NCBI GenBank assembly: GCA_951406725.2
Contig: OX597821.1
Coordinates: 19,158,001-19,222,000 of the forward strand
Reading direction: 5' to 3'
DNA: 64,000 nucleotides
Origin: Octopus vulgaris
Taxonomy: Eukaryota
Positions within the stretch are counted from its first letter, which is position 1. Each line of letters opens with the position of its first letter. Positions 1 to 12,650 of the stretch are shown piece by piece. A model generated the notes under the pieces. It saw only the letters and a program-made list of their open reading frames with translations. It was not told the origin of the DNA and did not search any database. Position numbers and translations under genes: made by a program.

Positions 1-63
1 TCATCATCATCATCGTCGTCGTCGCCGTCGTCGTCGTCATCGTCATCATCGTCATTGTCATCG

Positions 64-100
<37 letters not shown>

Positions 101-320
101 AATAATCATCATTATCACCATCATCATCATCATCAACATCATCATCATCATCGTCATCATCATCATCATCATCGTCATCGTCATCGTCATCGTCATCAGA
201 AGGAGCGACAGCAACAGCGCCGTCTCTAGGTGCAACAACACCGAAATCACCATCTTCATCATCGCGTCGTGACCATGAACATCATCATAGGTGGTACTAG
301 TCGTCGTCATCATCATCTTC
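1..320. repeat. (TCA)n/(TCG)n trinucleotide low-complexity tract
   Basis: Imperfect TCA/TCG repeats read directly. Confidence 0.9.
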
Positions 321-409
321 CTTGATTTATTATATAGGACGATAAAGCGTCATTATGTTCTCAGGCTCGATAGCGCTCCTGAAAATGATCGTGTATGACT
401 ACAAAATAC

Positions 410-442
<33 letters not shown>

Positions 443-473
443 TGTATGTATGTATGTATGTATGTATATATAT

Positions 474-1205
474 AAGCTCGTAGGATGAGTTCCTGGATCT
501 TAAGAACTTTCCGGTCCAGAGAACAAGGTGTCATCATACCACTTTTTTCCTCCTTTGTACGGCCACACCTTGAATACTGCTGCCCACTGTGGTCTCCTCA
601 CACAAAAATATCTCCAGAATTGAGTCACCCCAGACGGCTCTCACTAAACAAATTGAAGGCATGGCTGCTCTCGATTATTGGGATCGCCTTAAAGCCTTGA
701 AACTTTACTCCCTCCAGCGTCGCCGTGAGCGGTATATCATTTGTACGATGTGGAAAATATACCGCCAACTTTGCCCAAACGACATAAACATTAGCTTCAA
801 GGTTCATCCAAGACTTGGACCACGGGCTATACGTCCCCTGCCCAATTCAAGATCACAACATACATGTACACTGCAACATAATTTCTTTTCCTCAACAGCC
901 CCTGCCCTATTTAACATTGTCCCGAGGGAGATCAAAGAGAAAAAGGATCCCATCAACTTTAAACAGAGTCTGGATAGATTCCTTCAAAGAATACCAGATA
1001 AGCCACCCATAATTGGATACAACTCACCCAACAAGAACTCAGTACTTGAACAAAACTGGATACAACTCACCAAACAAGAACTCACTACTTGAACAAAACT
1101 TGACTTAAGCAGGATTCGAATAATCCTATCAGGTGGTGCTATTAAGTTAGACATGGCCTGGACCAATCTTTGGTTGAAACATATCTAAGTTTATCTAAGT
1201 CTAAG

Positions 1206-1208
<3 letters not shown>
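474..1208 (+). mobile_element. 5'-truncated CR1/L2-group LINE 3' end (RT C-terminus, 3' UTR, tandem tail)
   Basis: ORFs 485-700 and 589-1092 join across a frameshift into RPHLEYCCPLWSPH...YWDRLKALKLYSLQRRRERY, a typical CR1/L2-group ORF2 C-terminus. It ends in a GACCAA-TCT-TTGGT stem-loop and a (CTAAGT)-like tandem tail. Confidence 0.85.
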
Positions 1209-1239
<31 letters not shown>

Positions 1240-1242
<3 letters not shown>

Positions 1243-1612
1243 CTTATACATACTAATACATACACCAACCCTATACATACACACATCCAGACCCCTCCCA
1301 CGCACTTTTAGCTGGTCCCTCAACCCTTTTATCAACCCTATTATCTCCCCTTATTTCGCTCTCGCGTCTCATGTTTGATCTTTGACCTCTGGCCGAAATC
1401 AGATCGCCATGTTGATTCGTTAGCTACTGCACGCATTTTTTTCTCTCCTTCTTTCTGTGTTTTTCTCTCTCTGTGTATCTTTCTGTTGAAGAGCGTAGGC
1501 TCGAAACGTTAAAGACTTGTTTTATTTATATTTCCTGAGCACCATACTAATACAATTGTTCGTTTGTTTTCCACCTGCCTTCGTCTTTTGTTTATTTTCA
1601 TAAAGCCTCCCG

Positions 1613-1613
<1 letters not shown>
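1240..1613 (+). mobile_element. Non-autonomous PLE-like element (HHR family A)
   Basis: Shares GAAGAGCGTAGGCTCGAAACG and downstream sequence with 20290-21175 and 54960-55175; ends at (TA)n. Confidence 0.55.
1478..1515 (+). ncRNA. Minimal type-I hammerhead-like fold, variant core CUGUUGA
   Basis: TCTTT-CTGTTGA-A-GAGC(GTAG)GCTC-GAAA-CG-TT-AAAGA; stems I and II pair and stem III is palindromic (AACGTT). Confidence 0.6.
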
Positions 1614-1686
<73 letters not shown>

Positions 1687-2064
1687 TTAGGCTAAAAACC
1701 ACTAGGTGGATAACCATATGCTAGAAGAAGATCACAAATGATCTAACTACAAAGAAAAGGATGCATTGAAATGTTTTCTGATTTTTCATGTTTTTTATAT
1801 GTTATACTGGTTTTAAATTGATATTAAATTAATATTCAATTTATCTCCTCATTATTTAAATGATATATATATATATATATATATCATTTAAATAATGAGG
1901 GAGATAAATTGAATATTAATTTAATATCAATTTAAAACCAGTAGCCTAACATATAAAAAACATGAAAAATCAGAAAACATTTCAATGCATCCTTTCTTTG
2001 TAGTTAGATCATTTGTGATCTTCTTCTAGCATATGGTTATCCACCTAGTGGTTTTTAGCCCTAA

Positions 2065-2144
<80 letters not shown>
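1614..2144. repeat. Palindrome centred on (TA)n at about 1873; unique arms about 1685-1863 and 1884-2067 plus mirrored microsatellites
   Basis: Arms are near-identical reverse complements; a third, more diverged copy lies at 3569-3755. Confidence 0.9.
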
Positions 2145-2149
<5 letters not shown>

Positions 2150-2765
2150 TAGACTTAGATAAACTTAGATATGTTTCGACCAAAGATTGGTCCAGGCCAT
2201 GTCTAACTTAATAGCACCACCTGATAGGATTATTCGAATCCTGCTTAAGTCAACTTTTGTTCAAGTAGTGAGTTCTTGTTTGGTGAGTTGTATCCAGTTT
2301 TGTTCAAGTACTGAGTTCTTGTTGGGTGAGTTGTATCCAATTATGGGTGGCTTATCTGGTATTCTTTGAAGGAATCTATCCAGACTCTGTTTAAAGTTGA
2401 TGGGATCCTTTTTCTCTTTGATCTCCCTCGGGACAATGTTAAATAGGGCAGGGGCTGTTGAGGAAAAGAAATTATGTTGCAGTGTACATGTATGTTGTGA
2501 TCTTGAATTGGGCAGGGGACGTATAGCCCGTGGTCCAAGTCTTGGATGAACCTTGAAGCTAATGTTTATGTCGTTTGGGCAAAGTTGGCGGTATATTTTC
2601 CACATCGTACAAATGATATACCACTCACGGCGACGCTGGAGGGAGTAAAGTTTCAAGGCTTTAAGGCGATCCCAATAATCGAGAGCAGCCATGCCTTCAA
2701 TTTGTTTAGTGAGAGCCGTCTGGGGTGACTCAATTCTGGAGATATTTTTGTGTGAGGAGACCACA
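2145..2765 (-). mobile_element. Inverted near-identical copy of LINE segment 588-1208
   Basis: ORF 2261-2785(-) matches ORF 589-1092 except RER to REW, carries the same frameshifted TCACACAAAAATATCTCC site, and is flanked by (TA)n. Confidence 0.92.
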
Positions 2766-2771
2766 TATATA

Positions 2772-3132
<361 letters not shown>

Positions 3133-3143
3133 TATATATATAT

Positions 3144-3504
3144 AAATACAAAATGGGACAAGAACGCAAAACATTCAAATAGACGACGACAAAAAACGGA
3201 TGGGTTAATCGAATCCTCTAATCTGCAGTCAAGAACCGGATCATCCTCGCAATTTCGGCTGATTAATCTTGAGATCAATCCGATCCGGCCAGCCCCAAGG
3301 AAAAAATTAGCTACGAGCACTAGATTTCTTGGAAAAAGGATCGAATGTATACGAAACAAGGGATCGGAGCGATCTCAACATTAATCAGCCAAAATTGCGA
3401 GGATGATCCGGTTCTTGACTGAAGATTAGAGGCTTCGAATGACCCGTCCGTTTTGTGTGTCGTCTATTTGAATGTTTTGCGGTCTTGTCCCATTTTGTAT
3501 TTTT
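3144..3504. mobile_element. Inverted-repeat element (about 130-bp diverged arms), PLE- or MITE-like
   Basis: AAATACAAAATGGGACAAGA...TTGAGATC is mirrored by GATCTCAA...TCTTGTCCCATTTTGTATTT; flanked by (TA)n. Confidence 0.75.
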
Positions 3505-3510
3505 ATATAT

Positions 3511-3558
<48 letters not shown>

Positions 3559-3568
3559 AATATATATA

Positions 3569-3755
3569 TCATTTAAATAATGAGGGAAATGAATTGAATA
3601 TTAATTTAATTAATATCAATTTAAAACCAGTAGCCTAGCATATAAAAAATATGAAAAATCAGAAAAAATTTCTTTACATTCTTTCTTTGTAGATAGATCG
3701 TTTGTGATCTTCTTCTAGTATATGGTTATCCGCCTAGTGGTTTTAAGCCCTGAAT
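3569..3755 (+). repeat. Third, diverged copy of the 1884-2067 unit
   Basis: TCATTTAAATAATGAGGGA...CTAGTGGTTTTAAGCCCT aligns by eye. Confidence 0.85.
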
Positions 3756-3772
3756 ATACATAGCTATATCTA

Positions 3773-3917
<145 letters not shown>

Positions 3918-4225
3918 CTCCCTCTCTGTCTCTCTCTCTCTCTATATATATATTTATATATATATATACATACATATATGTATTTTGTAGTCATACACGA
4001 TCATTTTGAGCACTCAGAACGCACACCTATTAATTTGAGTCACCCTTACGAATAAACATATCTTTTATATACATACTTACATACCTACATAATATATATA
4101 CATATATATATATATTAATCAAAGGAATTCCAACTTGGATTTTCACATACACACACACACATTTATATATCTACATACATATAGATATATATATATTTAC
4201 ATACAAACATATATGTACATACATC

Positions 4226-4286
<61 letters not shown>

Positions 4287-4337
4287 AATGTTGAAATTTA
4301 TAGAAAAACAAAATACGAAGACAGGTCTATTAGTTTG

Positions 4338-4950
4338 TATATAAACAGTCTTTGGTAACAAGGACATGCTAAGGACATAAGAAAGTACAACAGTATGATG
4401 TGAATATTTGAAAAGATGGGCAGAAAAGATTAAAATAAATATATTATACATCTTAGGGTCAGTACAACATTTCTGCTAAAACGGACAGGTCAGTAAACAA
4501 ACTCGCCTTGAATTCATAATATTCTGTACTGACCCTAAGATGTATAATATATTTATTTTAATCTTTTCTGCCCATCTTTTCAAATATTCTCATCATACTG
4601 TTGTACTTTCTTATGTCCTTAGCATGTCCTTGTTACCAAAGACTGTTTATATACATGTAATGTGGCAATTTGCAACAACCAATAATTAACGCAACCAAAC
4701 TTCCAATAATATTTTTGTTTTATTCTTTTCTGCCCATTTTTTCAAATATTCTCATCACACTGTTGTACTTCTTTATGTCCTTACCATGTCCCTGTTACCA
4801 AAGACTGTATATATACATGTTATGTGGCAATTATGTAAAAAAACTTTTTTGAATTCATAATATTCTATGTTACTTTTGACAATCTTTTTCCAAATAGTGA
4901 AACCGGTTAAGTAAATAAACATCTTTTAAATTGCATTTTCAAACCTTCTT
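4338..4950 (+). mobile_element. PLE pseudo-LTR-like remnant: inverted arm 4338-4466, arm 4526-4654, tandem partial copy about 4720-4830, degenerate HHR
   Basis: Near-perfect inverted repeat plus a direct repeat; TACTT-TTGACAA...GAAA-CCGG-TT-AAGTA at 4871-4913. Confidence 0.6.
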
Positions 4951-4952
4951 TC

Positions 4953-5018
<66 letters not shown>

Positions 5019-5032
5019 TTATTTATTTAATT

Positions 5033-5319
5033 ATGCGCCCTTTTCAAGCCCTAGCCAGGCTCATGGGCGCTGTTTCCTGGTTTCTCTGGCGAATGTGTTC
5101 CCCACCAGCTAGACGGGACGCCAGTCCATCGCAGCGTTACTCAAGAAACAGGAAGAAAGAGTGAGAGAAAGTTGGGGCGAAAGAGTACAACAGGGGTCGC
5201 TCTCATGGAGCTTTTAGGTGTTTTCGTTCAATAAACACACAACGCCCGGTGTGTGAATCGAAACCAAAATCTTATGATCATGATGCTGACAGCCTAACCA
5301 CTAAGCCACGCGCCTCCAC
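5033..5319 (-). mobile_element. tRNA-derived SINE (core 1 + tail C)
   Basis: Head and core are shared with 8856-9215; tail is shared with 59020-59125. Confidence 0.8.
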
Positions 5320-5365
5320 ACATGCACAGACACACGCATACATATATATATAAATATATATATAT

Positions 5366-5456
<91 letters not shown>

Positions 5457-5615
5457 CATACATATATATATATATTACGGAGATGTACTCGCATAGCAAG
5501 TAATTTGATCTGAGATCGTGTGCTGAAACGAAAACAATTGCAGCGTGGAAGGTGTTTATAAGCCATTTAAGAAACACACAAAAGCCGTTCGATTCACTCC
5601 AACATTTAAGTTTAA

Positions 5616-5665
5616 TTTGTCAAAATATTTTCGTCGCTAAAATCCGCGACCTGTTCACTGACAAA
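5616..5665 (-). ncRNA. Hammerhead-like fold (mirror of 8310-8359)
   Basis: Reverse complement of the 8310-8359 motif. Confidence 0.5.
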
Positions 5666-6091
5666 GTCCGTGCTGCATCTAAGAAAGTAACAGTTAGTTC
5701 GTCATATATATGTACGTATGTATGTGTGTATGTATGCATACATGTGTGTATGTATGTACGTATGCATGTACGCACATACGCCTGTGTATGCATGTATGTA
5801 TGTATGTATGTATGTATGTATGTATGTATGTATGTATGTATGTATGTATGTATGTATAAGCACGCACATACACTCTATAAAACATAAAGCTATAAACCTG
5901 TAGCGATGGATGGATGTAGAGTGACCACTCATCACAACGCTATCAAATTTCAACTCCCTACGGCCGAGGCTAGAAAGTGAATTTATGACGCTTGCTCACA
6001 AGAACTATACCCTAAAATCTATTATCAGATTTTTATCTCTATATCACAGAACTAATGTTTTACTATTGTTCGTATGTATGTATGTATGTGC

Positions 6092-6122
<31 letters not shown>

Positions 6123-6742
6123 TGTATGTATGTATGTATGTATGTATGTATGTATGTGTGTATGTACATACGTACGCATGTGCGTATGTATGTATACGCG
6201 CTCGTATGCATGTGCCCATGTATGTGTGTGTGTACATGTACGTGCGTATGTACGTTTGTATGCCCATACGTAGGTATGTATGTATGTTTGTATTCATGTG
6301 CTACGTATGTATGTGAGTGTCTAGGAGAATGGGCAGATGTGTCCGTGAGAGTGTGTACATGTGTATGTGTATGTGAACGTATGTCCGTGTACTGGCATGA
6401 GTCCGTCCAAGTTGTGTACATGACTGTTACTTTGCTGAAGGTTTGTATACATATTTACATATATGTTTGTATAGACGCACACACACATATATATATGTGT
6501 GTGTGGTGTGTTTTTGTTCCTCTCATCATCGTCTAACCGTGAATGGATACAACGCCTAGGTGCAACTGTTCGTATCAAACAACGTCTGCTCATACCGTTG
6601 TATATAACTGCACATACGCATTGCAACCTGTATGTAAGGACTACAGGTGAAAGGGAGAGAAAGAGAGGGGTGGTTATAGAATAGTCCTTCTGAATGGGAT
6701 CTGGATGTTATTCCATTCGGACTTTCGGTTGAGAGTAGGTTT

Positions 6743-7409
6743 AAAAAACGACGAAAACGGTATATGCCCCCTGTACCGCAACAAGTTCTGGAATTGGTTA
6801 GAGAGGGACACCAACAAAAAGATGAGAAACGTTACTTGGTACGATAACAGGAGATTTCACGGAGTGATGTTCGTTGACGCCACACCTAAGAACGAGCTAA
6901 GTAAGGCATTCAAGAAAGTCCTGCGCACTACGGGCCTAAAAGTTAAAGTTGTAGAAAAGACAGGTAGGACTATCAAATCGGCATTATGGAGATCATATCC
7001 ATTTGATAGAATCACCTGTCAGAGTAATTGTGCAGTGTGTTCGACAAATCCACACGTAAATTGTAAAACCAAGGGCACTGTATACCAGATTAAGTGCCAG
7101 GAGGGAGCTTGCGCGGCTAACCCAGAGTCATACATAGGTGAGACCTCTAGAAGCATCAATGATAGGTTCAAAGAACACCTGGACAACTACATTGAAAGGA
7201 AGCCAAACTCCATCTTCTACCAACATGCTGTAGACTGCCACAAGGGTTCCTTAGGGGAGCTTAAGTTGAACATCCTATCAACACATCCCACCGATGCAAT
7301 GTTGTGACAGGTCACAGAAGCTGTTTGTATACAAGAATACAAACCTACTCTCAACCGAAAGTCCGAATGGAATAACATCCAGATCCCATTCAGAAGGACT
7401 ATTCTATAA
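6743..7409 (+). pseudogene. PLE ORF C-terminus: Cys-rich linker plus GIY-YIG endonuclease, with a premature TGA at 7305
   Basis: MFVDATP...CQSNCAVC...C...VYQIKC...YIGETSRSINDRFKEH; past the stop it reads QVTEAVCIQEYKPTLNRKSEW. Confidence 0.88.
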
Positions 7410-8309
7410 CCACCCCTCTCTTTCTCTCCCTTTCACCTGTAGTCCTTACATACAGGTTGCAATGCGTATGTGCAGTTATATACAACGGTATGAGCAGACG
7501 TTGTTTGATACGAACAGTTGCACCTAGGCGTTGTATCCATTCACGGTTAGACGATGATGAGAGGAACAAAAACACACCCACACACATATATATATATGTG
7601 TGTGCGTCTATACAAACATATATGTAAATATGTATACAACCCTCAGCAAAGTAACAGTCATGTACACAACTTGGACGGACACATGCCAGTACACGGACAT
7701 ACGTTCACATACACATACACATGTACACACTCTCACGGACACATCTGCCCATTCTCCTAGACACTCACATACATACGTAGCACATGAATACAAACATACA
7801 TACATACATACATACATACATACATACATACATACATACATACATACATACATACATACATACATACATACATGCACATACATACATACATACGAACAAT
7901 AGTAAAACATTAGTTCTGTGATATAGAGATAAAAATCTGATAATAGATTTTAGGGTATAGTTCTTGTGAGCAAGCGTCATAAATTCACTTTCTAGCCTCG
8001 GCCGTAGGGAGTTGAAATTTGATAGCGTTGTGATGAGTGGTCACTCTACATCCATCCATCGCTACAGGTTTATAGCTTTATGTTTTATAGAGTGTATGTG
8101 CGTGTTTATACACACACATACATATATACATACATACATACATACATACATACATACATACATACATACATACATACATACATGCATACACAGGCGTATG
8201 TGCGTACATGCATACGTACATACATACACACATGTATGCATACATACACACATACATACGTACATATATATGACGAACTAACTGTTACTTTCTTAGATGC
8301 AGCACGGAC

Positions 8310-8359
8310 TTTGTCAGTGAACAGGTCGCGGATTTTAGCGACGAAAATATTTTGACAAA
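8310..8359 (+). ncRNA. Minimal type-I hammerhead-like fold with degenerate core (GUGAACA)
   Basis: TTTGTCA-GTGAACA-G-GTCGC(GGATTTTA)GCGAC-GAAA-ATAT-TT-TGACAAA: perfect 7-bp stem I, 5-bp stem II, palindromic stem III, in the PLE 3' region. Confidence 0.55.
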
Positions 8360-8855
8360 TTAAACTTAAATGTTGGAGTGAATCGAACGGCTTTTGTGTG
8401 TTTCTTAAATGGCTTATAAACACCTTCCACGCTGCAATTGTTATATATATATATACACACATATATATATATATGCATATATGTATGTATATGAGTAGAT
8501 ACATATATTCGTGTATATGAATTTGTGCTTGTGTACTTTAGCATATGCGTACATACACCCATACCTGCTGCTTATTTATCATAATATTTTCTTTTATTTT
8601 ACGCTATATAGCACTCATCCATCTATGAAATATATATCCCTACCAGCATTTTACCAGTAACGGTTTCTTTTCCCATTATTCTAGCTTTTCTTCACTACTT
8701 TTCTGTTTTTTTCCTCAGTTATTTGTTTTACCTCTTCTTCTTTGCTATCTATTTCCATCACAATCATTTTTTTTGTCTACCTCCGCCTATTTTCTTTTAT
8801 TTTCTCTTCGTTTTTTTTTTCATTCCGTCTTCTCTTCCTTTCTTAATGTCTGATG

Positions 8856-9215
8856 GGAAGCACTCCGTCGGTTACAACGACGAGGGTTCCAGTTGATCCG
8901 AATCAACGGAACAGCCTGCTCGTGAAATTAACGTGTAAGTGGCTGAGCACTCCACAGACACGTGTACCCTTAACATAGTTCTCGGGGATATTCAGCGTGA
9001 CACAGAGAGTGACAAGGCCGGCCCTTTGAAATACAGGTACAACAGAAACAGGAAGTAAGAGTGAGAGAAAGTTGTGGTGAAAGAGTACAGCAAGGATCAC
9101 CACCATCCCCTGCTGGAGCCTCGTGGAGCTTTAGGTGTTTTCGCTCAATAAACACTCACAACGCCCGGTCTGGGAATCGAAACCGCTGCCCTAACCACTG
9201 GGAAATTGCGCCTCC
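8856..9215 (-). mobile_element. tRNA-derived SINE (core 1 + tail A) with 13-bp TSD
   Basis: TSD CTTAATGTCTGAT at 8842-8854 and 9215-9227; near-identical to 60551-60880. Confidence 0.9.
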
Positions 9216-9972
9216 TTAATGTCTGATACTTTCCTTTAGATCGATTTTTGGTTTCTTTGTTTTCTCCTCGTAATAAATAATACATCACAGTCTTATTTGC
9301 TCGCTTTTTGGCAGGGATCTCTATGTTCGTATTACTGGGATTACCTATATGATATATGCACTTTAAAACCACAGCTCCGAAATTCATAATCGTCTCATGG
9401 ACATAGGTACTAAAACCATTGCTGCTACTACTATAGTAAGATCTAGCTAAAATGTTGTATTGTTTTAAAGGTAAAAAAAAAAACAACATTTTATATTGGC
9501 CGATAAAGTAATCTATGTGGCAACTAAGTTCTATTATAATCCTATTATAATATACTAAATAAAATTGTTTCCCGTGCGGCATTTGCACAAAGTTTATTTA
9601 AATTCTTGGTAGAACTTGTCAAATTGTGTTAAATATACCTTTACACGGTGAGGTGCAAAGTATGTCCAGAACCTTTCATAAAAAATTTATTATGAGTTTT
9701 AATGTTGAAATTGTTTGTATAGCAATCTTTCAAACTCCATACATATGCTAGAGGACTGTAAACGTTATTGTATTTTCATTCCAGAAAGAGTGTGACGGAT
9801 GTAGCGATTTGGTAAAATGACATTTTATCTTTAAAATGCAGTATTTCCTCTTAGAAGTCCCAGTAGATGAAAAGGAGGTTCTTTGAAATACTAATCCTAC
9901 ATAGACTGAGGGCCAGGTTAATATACTAGGGAAGAAAGGATTTAGTTATCTGATATATATATATTTTTTTTT

Positions 9973-10258
9973 CGACCAGACCATCAGATGTAGTTACACA
10001 TCGCTGGTCACAATGCGTTCGCATTGTTTTAGCCTTCGAATGACGCCACCCCGCTGGCTAAGCGAGCAGGCCGACAGAAGAAAGAGTGGGAGAAAGAGTG
10101 GTGAAAGAGTACAGCAGGGATCACCACTCCCTGCCGGAGCCTCGTGGAACTTTTAAGTGTTTTCGCTCAATAAACACTCACAACGCCCGGTCTGGGAATC
10201 GAAACCGCAATCCTGCGACCGTGAGTCCGCTGCCCTAACCACTAGGCCATTGCGCCTC

Positions 10259-10261
<3 letters not shown>
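9973..10261 (-). mobile_element. tRNA-derived SINE (core 1 + tail B)
   Basis: Complete tRNA-like head with A/B boxes; tail shared with 30570-30776. Confidence 0.85.
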
Positions 10262-10298
<37 letters not shown>

Positions 10299-10358
10299 CA
10301 TACATATATATATATACACATATATATGTATATAATACATATATATGTATATATTTAT

Positions 10359-10428
<70 letters not shown>

Positions 10429-10734
10429 TATATACACATATGTGCAAAGTATATCATGCAAATAATCAAATTCAGAAAGACTATAATACATTTGTATTTC
10501 TAGTCGGTAAAACTTTTTTATAGTATCATATTTTATATATTATTTTTTGTTTTTATTTTCATGTTTATCCTTATTTTTATACTTTTTTTTTATCTTGTTT
10601 TGCTTATTTGTATGATATTCTTAGCATATGCATACACTCCATATATAAGATAAATATTTCCTTTCTTCCCTAGTATATTAGCTTATGAAACCTAAACATG
10701 TTTAATTTTCATTAAGAAAAGAACCATCAAAAGA

Positions 10735-10881
10735 TTATATCCTACGTTATTTACATTATTTAAATTTGAAGGATATATGTTCATATCTTGGTTGTTGTTA
10801 AGACAACGTTTCGACTGATATACCCTCCAGCCTTTATCAGGTGTCTTGTGGAAATTTGGACCTAGGTTTTCATTCCTATTA

Positions 10882-10946
<65 letters not shown>
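10735..10946 (-). mobile_element. Partial copy of the tRNA-(AAT)n-HHR element (family B), lacking the tRNA head
   Basis: Matches 20440-20640; HHR remnant GACAC-CTGATAA-A-GGCTG..CAGTC-GAAACGTT at 10800-10845. Confidence 0.75.
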
Positions 10947-10949
<3 letters not shown>

Positions 10950-12384
10950 TAGTTTTATTTTTATAGCGTGCTTTCACTTCACTACCGAGCGCAGCTCTGT
11001 GTGCCTTGGGTATGTGCTGTGATTTGTTGTGATGCTCTGATGGTTATTGTATGGAAAGTGTTCTGCGTAGGATGTGTGCAGTGCCTAGTAGTGCAATTTT
11101 CTGTATGTTATATGTGTTTGTAAGTCCTGGTGTTTTTGTTATGTATTTGTCTGAATATTTTTTTATCATGCCTAATGCACCTACTATGATAGGAATTGTT
11201 TCTGTTTTTAGATTCCACATTCTAGTTACCTCTATTTCCAGGTCTTTGTATTTTGAGAGTTTCTCCATTTCTTTTAGAGACACGTTGTCATCTGCCGGTA
11301 TTGATACATCAATTAGAAAGCATTTATTTTCTTCATGATCTCTGACAACTATATCTGGTCTGTTGGCCTTAATTTCTCTATCTGTGTGTATCGGCATATC
11401 CCAGAGTATGGTTGCTTTCTCGTTTTCTGTGACCTTTTCTGGTGTGTGCCTATACCATCTTTTTTCTGTTGTTATTCCATAATGTTGGCATAGCTTCCAA
11501 TGTATGTAGGTTCCAACTCTGTCATGTCTGTGAATATATTCCTTCTTAGCCAGGACTGGGCAGCTAGAGATAATATGATTTATTGTTTCTTGTCCATCTC
11601 CACATATTCTGCAGTTACTTGTAATATTTCTTTTCATTACATGTTTTTGGTAATTTCTGGTGGGGAGGCTTTGGTCTTGTGCTGCAATTAAAAATCCCTC
11701 TGTTTCTGCTTTGAGTCCTGAGCTTCTCAACCATTGCTGGGATTTTTCTTTGTCTATTTCTTTTGCGTTTAGTTTAGTGCAGTATTTACCATGAAGGGCT
11801 TTTCTTGCCATCGTTTTATCATGGTTCGTTGCTGTTCTATTTTTAGTTTGGATTTCATTTGTCTTATAGCTTTTGTTGTTTCTTCATCATCTTCTTCTTC
11901 TTCTTCGTGTATGATTTCTTGTTTGTATTTGTCAGCTTCGTGTATGATTTCTTGTTTGTATTTGTCAGCTTCCTTAAATACTGAGAACAGTTTTTTGTTT
12001 TGCTCGTGTTTTGCTGCTATCTGGATCAGTTTTCCTTCCTTCTGAAGTAGGTATTTTTGCAGTCCTATGGTGGTTATTTTATAGTAGTTTTCCAGCTGTA
12101 TAAGGCCTCTACCACCTTCTATACGTTGTATATATAGTCTTTCTATGTCAGATTTTGTGTGATGCATCCTAGATCCTGTCAGTATTTTTCTTGTTTTCCT
12201 ATCTATTTTGGACAGTTCATTTCGTGTCCAGTTAAGGATATTGTAGCTGTAACTTATAACTGGGAGAGCTAAAGTGTTGATACCTATTATCTTGTTTTTA
12301 GCATTGAGCTCTGTTTTTAGTATTGATCTAACTCGTCTATAATACTCTTTTTTTATTTTCTCTTTCATTTGTGTGTGTTGTGTC
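10947..12384 (-). mobile_element. 5'-truncated R4/Dong-type non-LTR retrotransposon (RT C-terminus, CCHC, restriction-like endonuclease)
   Basis: CRICGDGQETINHIISSC..RHD..RPDIVV..LIDVSIP..KEMEKLSKYKDL; one frameshift near 11800; 3' end runs into (TAA)n. Confidence 0.9.
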
Positions 12385-12425
12385 TTCTTCTTCTTCTTCT
12401 TCTTCTTCTTCTTCTTCTTCTTCTT

Positions 12426-12490
<65 letters not shown>

Positions 12491-12509
12491 CATCAACATT
12501 ATTATTATT

Positions 12510-12650
12510 TGTCTCATGGTCGCACTGAATCATAAAATCCCATAGGATCTTTGCATTTCTATTTTCCATAATGCCTTCAGGTTTGTGGTCGTACCAAATT
12601 TTTGCTCTCAAGTCCATACTTGTTGCAAAGTGTCTAATTTCGGGCCTTGC
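12510..12650 (-). pseudogene. Short fragment of a second, diverged RLE-type LINE endonuclease region
   Basis: WYDHKPEGIMENRNAKILWDFMIQCDHE is paralogous to WYRHTPEKVTENEKATILWDMPIHTDRE in the neighbouring element. Confidence 0.65.

Larger units (their letters stand above)
5478..8442 (+). mobile_element. 5'-truncated Penelope-like retroelement with about 1.1-1.2 kb inverted terminal arms (5533-6742 and 7341-8442)
   Basis: Central GIY-YIG ORF; arms are near-identical reverse complements including their internal microsatellites; an HHR-like fold lies near each outer end; both ends abut (TA)n. Confidence 0.88.

Noticed and set aside
1155-1182. Hairpin followed by GAAAC at the LINE 3' end as an HHR
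   Set aside because: There is no CUGANGA; it is better explained as the usual LINE 3' stem-loop.
3380-3450. Hammerhead in the 3144-3504 element (CTGAAGA; GAAA upstream in the mirror arm) and similar motifs at about 41660(-) and 57489
   Set aside because: I could not build consistent stems I-III around these cores.
7305-7307. In-frame TGA in the PLE ORF as possible selenocysteine or readthrough
   Set aside because: Context AML*QVTEA fits a CGA (Arg) to TGA CpG transition, not a Cys position. The TGA at 49900 likewise fits a mutated Leu codon.
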